NCBI RefSeq assembly: GCF_964194025.1
Contig: NC_134477.1
Location: forward strand, 27,280,001-27,343,685
Length of the DNA: 63,685 nucleotides
Source of the DNA: Convolutriloba macropyga
Taxonomy: Eukaryota
Reading direction: 5' to 3'
The notes under the pieces were generated by a model that saw nothing but the letters and a program-made list of their open reading frames with translations, had not been told where the DNA came from and did not search any database. A program made the translations under genes and the position numbers. Shown in pieces: positions 12,945 through 23,832 of the stretch (the first letter of the stretch is position 1; each line of letters starts with the position of its first letter).

Positions 12945-13233
12945 GCTTGAGTTGAAAAACAGGTTGCCATTACTATGTTAAAGTTTTTTATCTGACTTTT
13001 TTAAATCTAATTTTTGTGAGCTATATTGCAATATCTTTGTGATTTTTCACAAAGATTATGTCAAGAACGTGGTTGAGCGGGGTCGGAACATTCTGTGCAA
13101 ACGCATATTACTGAGCCTTCCTTTTTTTGCTTGAGTTGAAAAACAGGTTGCCATTACTATATTAAGGTTATTTTATCTGACTTTTTTAAATCTAATTTTT
13201 GTGTGCTATATTGCAATATTTTTGTGATTTTTC
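12874..13233 (+). repeat. ~180-bp tandem duplication covering the HINE 3' end and its flank
   Basis: ATTATGTCAAGAA(T/C)GTGGTTGAGCGGGGTCGGAAC...TTTGTGATTTTTCA occurs at ~12874-13049 and ~13056-13233. Confidence 0.92.
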
Positions 13234-14489
13234 AAATAACTTTGAGGTAGATAATTGAACACTTCGAGTACAAATTTTGCGTCGAATGGGGGCAGACACG
13301 GACGCTTTTTTTGAATACTAGTTTCCTCATTTTTGTTTTCAAGAAAAGAGGAAAGTTGCTTTCCAATATGTAAACCCTGTAATAATTTATTTTAACCAGA
13401 ATGGTAGAAGTGGTTTTTGATCACGGAAACCAAAAAATAAGTTTATGTCAAATCAGTTTTTTTTGCTTTTTAATTAATAAAGCTTGGGTTGTTTTCTCGT
13501 CGTATTTAGTGCTTTTGATTATTTCGCACCTTAGAGACAAAAGTGTTTCCAAAAGTGTTAAAGTCCATTGGTGTATTTTCTTACTGTTTCTTTTTTAAGC
13601 AGCAAATATTGTCGTTTCCGTTACAATTAACTCCAAGTCTCGAGTCTCAATCAAAGGATGGATATAATTTTTTATATTTTCAGATTTTGTATCTTTTGAT
13701 GACGTTTTTTCCCAACGCGTAATGATATTTTTTTTTCAGAAATGTATCTTTTATAGCGTGTTGGGCGTTGGTTGTTTGAACGTTTGCAGCTTTAGTTTTG
13801 TGTTGATTGAAGACCCGAGATTTTTAGTTTCTCTCAAATACCTCCATTATATTTCAGAGCTTAATATTTTCATTTGAATTGAATATTCGAACGCATGTTG
13901 CCCATGTCCGCGATTGCAGCCAACATACTGAAAACAGTCGATTCTGCTTTTAAATGAATTATTTTTGTCGAAAACCTCCATGTGACGAGTTGGCATGTTT
14001 TCATGGACTTGAAAAGTACCTCGTGTTTTTGAGGGTTTGTGCTATAAAATGAAGTTAGCAGAAAATGTTGGTCAAATATTTGATCACAAACAATTAGCAA
14101 AAAATTCCAGTTCTGAATTAAAAACAATTAACTTGGTTAACAAAACGGTGGTTGTCAATACAACAGACCAACAGTTTATGAATCTCATTTCATCGGCATT
14201 TTTTATTTTTCACATGTAAAATGTATGTTTTTATTCTCTCCACTTTGGTCAGGTAAGAATAAAAAAACTAGAACTGCACAAAGATAAGGCTGCCGTTTGT
14301 TGCAATGGTTTTGGCGACTCGTCACTAGAGGACCAATCTGGACTCTTCTTATTCTGAATTGGTTAAATCTGGCCAAAAAAGCGTGTCAAAATCAATGAGA
14401 CAGACCCTTGATCATATCTGTCGACAATGATTGCAACAGTACTGGATCAACCATCTCTCCTCCAAGCGGTCGAGCACCCAAAAAGCAAA

Positions 14490-15640
14490 ATAGTCTACCA
14501 GAGAGCCCGTGCCAGCAATATTTCCGCTGATCCCCAAATAGCGATGATTGACAAGGATTGCATTAGTTTACAAAAAGCTACAGACAACCCCTGCGCTTGG
14601 AAGGAACGATTTTCACTTTACACAGCCAACCGCTTGAGTGTTTTCTTGAAGGTTGTCGATATCCCGCCAAGGACTTCAATTGCAAGGGTAACAAATGTGA
14701 TTCTCATTTTTGCGCAGTTATCGTCGTGGAGACAAAATTTTCTTTCATCTGCTGCATCAAGTGCGTATCCTGCCTTTGTAGCCGCATTAGTGAGAGAGTT
14801 GGATTGCAGCGACGAAGTAACAGTTACATCAAATGCAACAGTTTTCCCCGCTTTCCAAGTCAGGAAAAAGACGTCTCCGGGGCGTGACTGGCTTTCTGGA
14901 ATTAGGTTCTTTTTTTCCACTACTGGTGAGAGATTCGCAGATGAGCAAGCAGACACTATTTTATCTCGAATCCGGTCATGTCTTGCAATTGCGTCTCCTC
15001 GACCGTGACACGCAATGGCATGATCCCCATAGATGTCAAGAATTCCTGTTTTACAGATCGGGCACTTCCTTTCGGCGTCGTAGACAGGGACACCCAACCT
15101 GTACTTTGCACTAGTTTTATACTCATTTGGTGCCATATGAAGCCCAAGAGCTGGAATGGGGGGAGCAGACAACCAAGCTCCAGCTTGTCGATCAGACAAT
15201 GAGAGAAGTCGGGCGTATTCTCTCTCACAAGCTAGATTCTCTTTGAGATCATGAAATTTTTCATTATCAAGAGCATGCTGAATCGTTTTTTGCGAGAGGT
15301 TTGAAATGTCCAGTTGTGCTATACTGGAATAAAGATCCTGAAAAACTTGTCAGTTTTTTGGGTTTTAACCGGTTTTTTTTCAAAACAAGATCTTCAGAGG
15401 AGAAAACAGAACCATTGTATGATGCTTTATACTGGTCTTGGCATTGGCGAACACCCAACCCTGAAATAAATAAAAAATATAAAATTATTGATCGGAGTGA
15501 ATCTTTCTTCTTTGTTAGTGTTTTTTGTTTGGTTGAAAGCTTCAAACTTTTTTCACTTCAACTGTTTTCTATTGGCAATTTATAATGAATATTTTTTAAA
15601 AAAGTTGTTATTAAATCTGTTCCCCAATTTAAGGACCCGA
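14490..15640 (-). mobile_element. 5'-truncated CRE-clade-like non-LTR retrotransposon (end of RT, CCHC finger, restriction-like endonuclease)
   Basis: ORF 14618-15199(-) has AGAWLSAPP, CPIC...GDHAIAC (CCHC), RHD, RPGD, FDVTV and LAIEVLGG, the motif order of RLE-type non-LTR elements. Upstream fragment SGLGVRQ...KASYNGS (15267-15545) resembles the GGLG motif. Disrupted by stops and frameshifts. Confidence 0.85.
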
Positions 15641-15878
15641 TTGATACTGCACCGAATTCGCTGCTAGAAGTTCATTGAATGAGAAGATTTTGTCACTATT
15701 TGTTTACAAAACATTTTATTTGTGTTAGGTAGTTGCTTTGTAGGTACCAAATTTCAATTTTTTAATGTGTTACTTTTAGAATTGTTTCAATTTTTATCAT
15801 TTAGTTATCACTGTTTTTCATTCACAAGTTTGGAAAGCTAATCATTTGATTGCTTCGAAGCAAATAACAAATAACTAT

Positions 15879-18400
15879 AACAAGGATGCTCGTTAACGCG
15901 CGTTCGCACATGATGTTCCGACCCGAGCATCTACGACTTACATTTATGACTTAATTCATCGGCATTTACGACTTACATTTATGACTTAATTGTCAACCAA
16001 ATGTAGAGATAATCAAAATTAGATGCTTCAGTTTAAAAGAATTGTTACACAACCAAACCACTAATTGAATTACACATGCCTCATTGCAATGCTCACTAGA
16101 TCTGCAATTAACAAGAATACGAGAAACAAACAAACAAAAAACAAAATAAGCAAAAACTAAATGTTTCACTGCAAGAACTCAATATCTAAAATTAAACGCA
16201 CCTAGTAAAAACGTCAAAATGCAGTCGGATGAACCTTAACTACACAAATTTACTTTTTCGTAACTATTGAGCATGGGGGAATTTTACTTAACAAGACTGG
16301 GTAACGAGTCACAAAAAATTATGAGGCAAAATTCAAAAACCAATCAACATTATTTAAATCAAATAACTTCAAAATCTAAAAAAATTGTTAACAAAATACT
16401 TCTTGATAAAATTTTAGTCATATGAAGTCATTTAAAGTCATTATGAAACGAATAGGACATGTCTTTGGTTAGACTAAGCCCTAGAAAATGTCTAAAGATG
16501 CAGAAAAACTAAAAAAGTTACAAACAATTAACGAAAACACGAAATATTAAAGCCATTAAAATCTTTAGCTATTAACTGAATATTATTTTTTTTCAACTGT
16601 TACTCACAAACAATCACTGACAAAGATTTTATGAAAACTCTGATTGACCAACAAACAAACATCAGTTACGACATAATATCAATAGACACGTTATTTTTTG
16701 AGTTTCACGGATTTGGTTAGGACCGCTCAATAATGAGAATAAGTTACAGTTTGAGGAAATGAACAAGAAAAAGTGAAAAATTTACAAAATCTTTGAAAAC
16801 AAAAAAGTCATAAATTTTAAGATTTCACTATAAACTGAGTGCATTGAGTAACATCATTCACTCAATCCTCAATTGGAGGTTTATAAGACCGGCCAGTTTT
16901 TTTAATGCTACATAAAAAACAGGCAAAAACAGCAAATTCAAGAGAATTGAGCGAGAAAAGTGGCAGCCTTTAAGAAATGAAGTTTTCAGTAAAAACATTT
17001 CTGTTCTCAGTTAAATTTTTAACCGCAATTTTTATAAGATGAAAATGCTCACCAGATTATTTTGGTTGCAGTAGAAAGGAAGTGGCTCCTTTTTTTACTG
17101 AGCCCGACTTACAGTTCATGAAATCAAGTGTAAGATTGGTTAATGTTCAAAAATGTTTTCGAAAAATTAGTTTTTTTAAGTTTTAACAGCCATTAATCCC
17201 AATTGCTTTTAGCGGAAGTCAATAAAACGCTAAATTGTGCCTTGATGGGTAGACAAGTAAAGCATAGATGGGAATGAAAATTGTTTGTCATTCATAACTC
17301 ATCAATATGACATCACAAAAAGTCTGATGAATATGAAAACATCAAAAATTAGAACACCAAAATTCAGTAGAAAAGTGCGAGAAGAGAGTGTCAGAGCCTT
17401 TTTTATCGATAAGCTTTTTTTATGAAGATTTTATGTCTGAGCCATTGAACGTGTTTGTTAGGTAAATGGGAACTATCAATATTAGGATAATGTGATAAGA
17501 TTTCGAAAGGAACCAAAATTACGAAAAAAATTTACAAGAATTTAATTTAAAAATTATGCAAACTCGTGGCATCAAAGTCATTAAACCAAAAGCTGGACAA
17601 TAAAACCGCTAACCAGGTCAATTTTGGTTGCATTAGAAGGGAACAGGTTCCTGTCTTTACGAGACTGACTTAGAGTTCACAAAAATATTTTTAAGATCGG
17701 TTAATGTTTTTTAAGAAATTTCCAAAAATCGTTTTTAGTTTCAACAGCCATCAGCTGTCCACTCAAAGTACTAGATATGTTCAGTTAATGTTCATTAGGA
17801 ATACTACTACACTTTTTGTCAACGAGTCTATGCCGTAGGACTCCAAAAATTAGAAAATCTGAAACAGTAAATCGTATTTTCAAGGTTTACTCAAGGAGTC
17901 CTTGAAAACAAATGTTTTGTTCATTGGGCGCCATTTTACTGTAAAAGGTTTGCCATTATGAAAAGTGACTACTCTCTTAGTGACTTAAAGAATAAAAAAA
18001 ATAATTTATAAAAAAAACAGCTCTCAAATTTAATTCAAATTTTTTATAGTTAACTTCCCTATGTGACCAAAACTTTGTTTCATTTTGGAGCGTGAAATTT
18101 AATTTTGAGTTAAAAGTGTTTCAGAAAAAAAATTTAAACAAAAATTACAGTAAAAGGTGAACAAAATCTGGCCAAAATCAAGCCAAAAACATGGCACACA
18201 AAACTTTTACACCCGATAACTCCTCGAAAATTACGTAATTAAAAAAAATCTTTTTAATTTTGATTTCTACTCTGGGCAAGCTTTTTAATGATACCACTCA
18301 CATTTCTCTACGATGAATATATCGATCGCCCAAAAATGTCTGAACAAAAAAACCCTTTTGAGTATATAGTTCCTCCCCCCACAAGTGGGGTCGGAGCAAA
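15879..18400 (-). mobile_element. HINE/Helentron-type non-autonomous element, full-length copy B
   Basis: On the minus strand: 5' TTTGCTCCGACCCCACTTGTGGGGGGAGGAAC and 3' GGGTCGGAACATC-ATGTGCGAACGCGCGT-TAACGAGCATCCTTGTT. Interior collinear with copies C, D and E. Confidence 0.8.
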
Positions 18401-20143
18401 TGGTCTTTTTTTCTACCGTTTTTGTTTCATTTTACGCATTTGTTTATGGCAGAATTTTGCAATCTTTTGGAAATCTTGCCAATACAAAAATGAAGATTCA
18501 TTTATTTTTCAATGGCAAACGTGATGAACACATCTTGCTCATAAATATCACAAATGTTTTTTTTATAAATTAGCAACGTTTTTCACCAGATTTGATTAAA
18601 TTTTGGTCTAATTTTGATTACAAAGTCCACACATGAGTACACTGTTTGAAAGCCAATTGATAGTTAAAAGCTAGTGAAACTTGAATGTGAGATTACTTGA
18701 CCGTGTTGACAGTGTTAATCAAGAGCCGTGCAGTGGTTTGACATTTTAGTTGTAATTTCCAAGTGATTTTTCGATTCCTGTAACTTTGCTTGAAAGACGC
18801 ATGTTTCAAGTTTAGAAAAGCCGGTATTTGTTTTACTTGCAATGGTTACCATTTTCTATAACAATTTCCTGCATTCTAAATTCTGACTTCTAAGTTGCGG
18901 CATTTTAAAAATTACATGTTGGCGTTTTAAATGAAACAAAACAAAATTAGATTTATACTAAGTCAAATTTGACAAATTGCTCAATTGTAGGGGTTCTACG
19001 GAGAGTGGGTTTATAATTGTTTTTCAGACTTAGAGTATTCAGTTTTCGAAATAAAAATAGGTTTTTTTTTCAATGAAAACAGACTGAAAAGGAAATAGTT
19101 GCAAGGTCGTGATAATGCCCAAGCCATGGAATCTGACAGATTACCCACTTTCAAAGGATCTTCAGAGGGCAATAGACTTCTATGTGGACAGAGAATCTCT
19201 ACGTGTGCTGGATTTGCCCTATTACGTGTAATCAGAACCCACACATTCGCCCATTGTTGTTGACAAAATTGTGCAGCTTTACATAGAAAGTTGAGATAGC
19301 CGAACTCCGACATTTATATTGTAAGATCTTTCCAAGGTTGTTATTTTGTAATACTCTTGAAGGAAGGTTCTGACAAGATGACCGTCCTTTTTGTAATACT
19401 ATTGCATGAGCACAATATTTTTTGGGCACAACTTTTCTTGTGAGAAACTTGCAACAGTCTGAATAGTTATCAACGGGCTCTAAGTTCTAGAAGCATCATA
19501 TAACTGTACATTTATTCCTCTAAGTAATCGAAATGGCCTTTTTCAGCGCTCATAAAGCTTTTAAACACAATTATGTCACCAACAAAATGCAAGCTGGTGT
19601 GTGTAATAACTAAATGTAAAACCTTTGACAAAACTTTTTATTGATCTCGGTCTTTTCCGTAAGGAAAATAGTCCAATATTTTTTTTATTCTATAAGATTG
19701 TGATGCCAGGCAACTTATTTTATACAAAAAATCTAAATGGTCTAAAGTATGAAAGGTCTAAGATAAAAAAATTTCCAACCCTTCGGTCGGTCAATTTTAA
19801 TGGATATAAAAAATTAAGGGAAAATTATCTGATCCAGTTCAGGTAGACGAAGTTCGAAGTAGACTTCAAGTGTACAGGTGCCTGGAGATCACCTGAAATG
19901 TATTTCGCGTTATTTGTCAGGTGCTAATTGAAAGTTAAGTATTTATGCATTGCATAAACGAGCAAATAAATATAGCAATAAAACGTCAAATTTTTAAACG
20001 ATTAATGCGTAATCGTGTTTCATCTAGTGATCATTTTTTTGGAGGCTAAAACGCAATGGAGCCATGTTTATCAATTGTTTTATGAAGCTTTTTTGTAAAA
20101 TGTTTTATTCCCATAGTATTGTGCATTGCGCCCAAAATTGTAA

Positions 20144-21450
20144 TTGCTCCGACCACCCTTGTGGGGGGAGGAAGTATATACTCAAATGGGTTTTTTTTTG
20201 TTCAGACAATTTTGGCCGATCGATATATTCATCGTAGAGAAAAGTGAGTGGTATCATTAAAAAGCTCGTCCAGGGTAGAACTCAAAAGTAAAAAGAATTT
20301 TTTTTCGAGTAGTTAACGAGGATTGAAGTTTTGTGTGAACACGGATATTTGCACGATTTTGTTCCCTTTTAGTGTAATTTTTCTTCAAAATAAGATTTTT
20401 CTATAAAAATAGTAAACCAAAATTACATTTCACGCCACAAAATAAATCATTTTTTTGATCAAATTAGACGAAAAGGGATAAAAAAGACTAGTTCTGGTCT
20501 CATAGGGAAATTTACATTAAACAAATTGAAATTTATTTGAGAGCTTTTTTAGAAAAATTTTTATAATTTTTAATTTTTTAGTAACCTAGAGATTAAGTAC
20601 TTTTCAAATCGCGGTTTTGTTAATGACAAACTTCATTTACAGTCAAACTAAGCCCAATGAACAAAACATTCGTTTTCTAGGAATCGCTCGTGTTTTTTTT
20701 TTGGAATCGACTCTCAGTTTTGGTAACTTTAAATGAAATTTTGATTTTCTTTTTGAGGTTTTACTAAATTTTCGGAGTCCCATGGCATTCGTTGACTCGT
20801 TGACCAAAAATAAAGTAAATTTCGCAATGATTATTACGTGAACATATCTAGTGCTTTGAGTGGACAGCTAAGGGCTGTTAAGTCTTTGAAAATAAATTTT
20901 CGAAATTTTTTTTTAACATTAATCAATCATAAACTAATTTTCGTGAACTGTAAGCCACTCTCAGTAATGACAGGACCCCTTCCTTCCTACTGCAACCAAA
21001 CTTAATCTGGTTAGCGGTTTAATCTTCTAGCTAATGGTTATATGACTTCAATGCCATAAGATTTCAAAACGTGTTGGCTATTTTCGTATTATTGGATGTT
21101 TTGAAATCTTACCACGTTATCCTTAGATTGATAGCTCCCATTGGCTTAAACAAAGAAGAGGTTCAAGGAATCACAAAAAAAGATTCTAGAGAAAAATTTA
21201 TGGTATAAAAGGCTTTGACACTTTTTTCTCGCACTTTTTTACAGAGATACTGGTGCTTGCATGTATTTTTTGTTTTTTTTTCATGGTAATAAGACTTATT
21301 GTGATGTCTTCGTTATTACCTATGCATAACAGGCAACTTCCCAATGAGGCACAAACGAGCTTATTTAATCACTTTCGTATAAAGCCATTGATATTAATGG
21401 CTGTTACTTAAAAAAAACGTTTTTTTTGAAAAATTTTTTTCAACATTAAT
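20144..21450 (+). mobile_element. HINE copy C, 3'-truncated
   Basis: Begins TTGCTCCGACCACCCTTGTGGGGGGAGGAAG and is collinear with copy D. Breaks off within the internal repeat and joins directly to the 21454-22942 segment. Confidence 0.8.
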
Positions 21451-21453
21451 AAT

Positions 21454-22942
21454 TCTACAATTCCAAAAGCATTTGTAACTTTGTTCAAATTTTTCAACAA
21501 TTTCTATGATACAGCTTTCTCGTGCAATCTTGATTCACTGCAAAAAGAAAAAAGTGAATTAAGTACAATATGGTACCAAAACGCTATGTACAGCACAACT
21601 TGTCCTCTTGGAATGATAGCAGTTTCAGTACTTTATGTACCTTACCTTAGCTTTTTTTGTTAACATGGTGTATTTTGTCAAGAGGAGAAAAAACTCTAAA
21701 TTTATTTACAATTGTTTTTGGTTTTTTCTATACATAAAAACGTAAACTAACGCTTGATTACCCCCCCCCCCCCCAAAAAAAAAACAAACGTAGCTCAGCT
21801 GTTGTAAAGAAAAGTTTCCATAACTGACAAACTATTTTCGAGCGATGTTAATTTTTCAATAAGTCTTTGAAACATGTACTAGGCTTATTGAACAATTGAA
21901 ATGGTATTCGTTGCAAGTTGACGCCGAAAACACTATGTGGTTTTGCCAATCTCGTAAGAAATAGGTCCAATCATGCAAAACTTACAATAATGGAGAAACT
22001 TCAAAAATTCCTTCTCTAAAATTTTGTTATTTAATTTCCAACATTCAGCAAAAAAATGTATGGCTTGTATTGCTATCCGGTGACCGGACAAGAGATCAAA
22101 AATCGAAAATTGGATTAAGCATTTTTCTCAGAACGTTACCCCATCTGTTCGAGCCATGCCTTAGCAGTCCGTGAAATTTGAAATCAATCCTACACAACCA
22201 AACGAAATATCACGAGCAAATATATTAGGCGTTGTATAATAAGTGAGCGCTTAAATCTGATAAGCCAATACGCAACTTCAATAATTCAATTTTCGATCTG
22301 TTTTCCCAATTTTTGTTTTCGATCGGTTGACTTTTCGATGTATTGTCCTAGCACCTTGTTATGCAGCTAGTCAAATATAATATGTTTCGGACATTTGGTT
22401 CAGCCCAAAATGAGACAGAACAGTAACAGGAAGTTTCTACGAAAAAAGATTTTTAAAATTTACATTACAGAAGTACTACGATTCAAAGTTTATATATCCG
22501 TCGAGTTAGAACAATACATTACGTTGTAATGAATGTCAACGTTCCACGTAGTCACTTCTTTGTTTTTCAGAAATAATCTTATTACTGCAATGTGACTAAA
22601 TTTAAAAGTTCAAGAAAAATAATTATTAGCAAATCACTTTACAGTGGTTTTCGAATGTTGCTATAAAAATATTTTTTGTTCAATTGTTCCGACAAACTAA
22701 ACAGGGCAATTATTGGGGTGTATTATAGGGCAAATAGGGTGGGTATTTTTGGGTCAGCAAGTGATTATTTTCGAAAAATGTTTGCCAAAGAATTTGCTAT
22801 CTGTTCAATTCTGATCGAATAATACTCATTTTCCTTAGTCTATTCTCAGATACTACAGCTGAAATAATTTTCACAGGCACATTTGCCTCTATTTTTTTTG
22901 ACCAAATGAAAAAACAGACTTTAATCCTGAAAATGTCACAAG
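21454..22942 (-). repeat. ~1.5-kb segment, inverted copy of 1409-2897 (copy 2)
   Basis: Collinear reverse-complement match to 1409-2897. ORF 22797-23018(-) contains CDIFRIKVCFFIWSKK versus CDIFRIKVYFFIRSKK just right of the gap. Confidence 0.92.
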
Positions 22943-23299
22943 TATTGCAATATTTGGTAAAAACCGACAACAAAATAAGAGAATTTGAAACATTAAATGC
23001 AACAAAAATTTGAAACAAAGATTTCTTGTGGTTGCTATATGCTTGTGTACTCTAATCCAAGTAATTTTTATAAAAACAACAACTTTTTACCTCATCCAAT
23101 AGAATGGGAAGTTGACAAAAAATTACGTTTTATTAAATTACCGAAAAAAGAGAACCGATCTAGAGCGCTGTTCGCTATTTTAGGCATATCTGATCGAGGG
23201 TGGAACCACTTAGTTTCTGATCAATTTAACCAAACCACGATTGCATCAAAACAATGTTTGTTTAATTTAGGTCTTTTGTACCCTATAATCGGCGCTAAC

Positions 23300-23540
23300 C
23301 TTGACTAGGTTTTCCAAAATTCTGTTTAAGCAAAATGTCAGCACATGATCCGATGTCTGAGAGAGCTCTCCACCCACCACGTTTAACAGTTAAAAATACT
23401 GCACACTTCAAATCGTCAATGAAGAAGACTAAGGTCGAGTAAGAGCTGAACACGTAAATTAGTATTAATAAGGCTGAAATTGTGATACAAGCGTAAAGAC
23501 ACGTCTTTAGGTTATCTCGTCTTCTCACGGCATAACCCAT
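23300..23540 (-). CDS. Putative first coding exon of a type II membrane (Golgi glycosyltransferase-like) protein
   Basis: ATG at 23540. Encodes MGYAVRRRDNLK (basic tail), TCLYACITISALLILIYVFSSYSTLVFFI (hydrophobic helix) and a stem. Ends at donor CAAG|GTTAGC in phase 1, which fits the acceptor at 4570. Confidence 0.6.
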
Positions 23541-23832
23541 TGTTGCTTCAGCGATCGTGGAGCTTCTCAAAATTTAAAAATTTTATTCAAATATGACCAA
23601 AACACTTCAAACCATTGTTGGTCTATTTTTACGTTCATTAGTTAATTAACTTTTCCTTTTTAAATAAAATACTGATGAATTAAATTCTAAGATCGTGATG
23701 TTCTCTAAATTAAGTTTTATTGGTAATCGTTAATCGTTTCTAACGTTTATTAACGATTCTAAGCCTTCGTTCAGATTCATTTCCTCACTGAAAAATTGGG
23801 TCATCTATTAGAGAAAACAGATCTATTTTTAA

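Noticed and set aside
14427-15008. 193-aa plus-strand ORF as an independent gene
   Set aside because: It is antisense to the clearly recognisable RLE retrotransposon frame and has no motifs of its own.
17320-17345. CTGATGA-ATAT-GAAA minimal hammerhead-like core
   Set aside because: No stem I/III pairing or NUH site; it lies within the HINE internal repeat.
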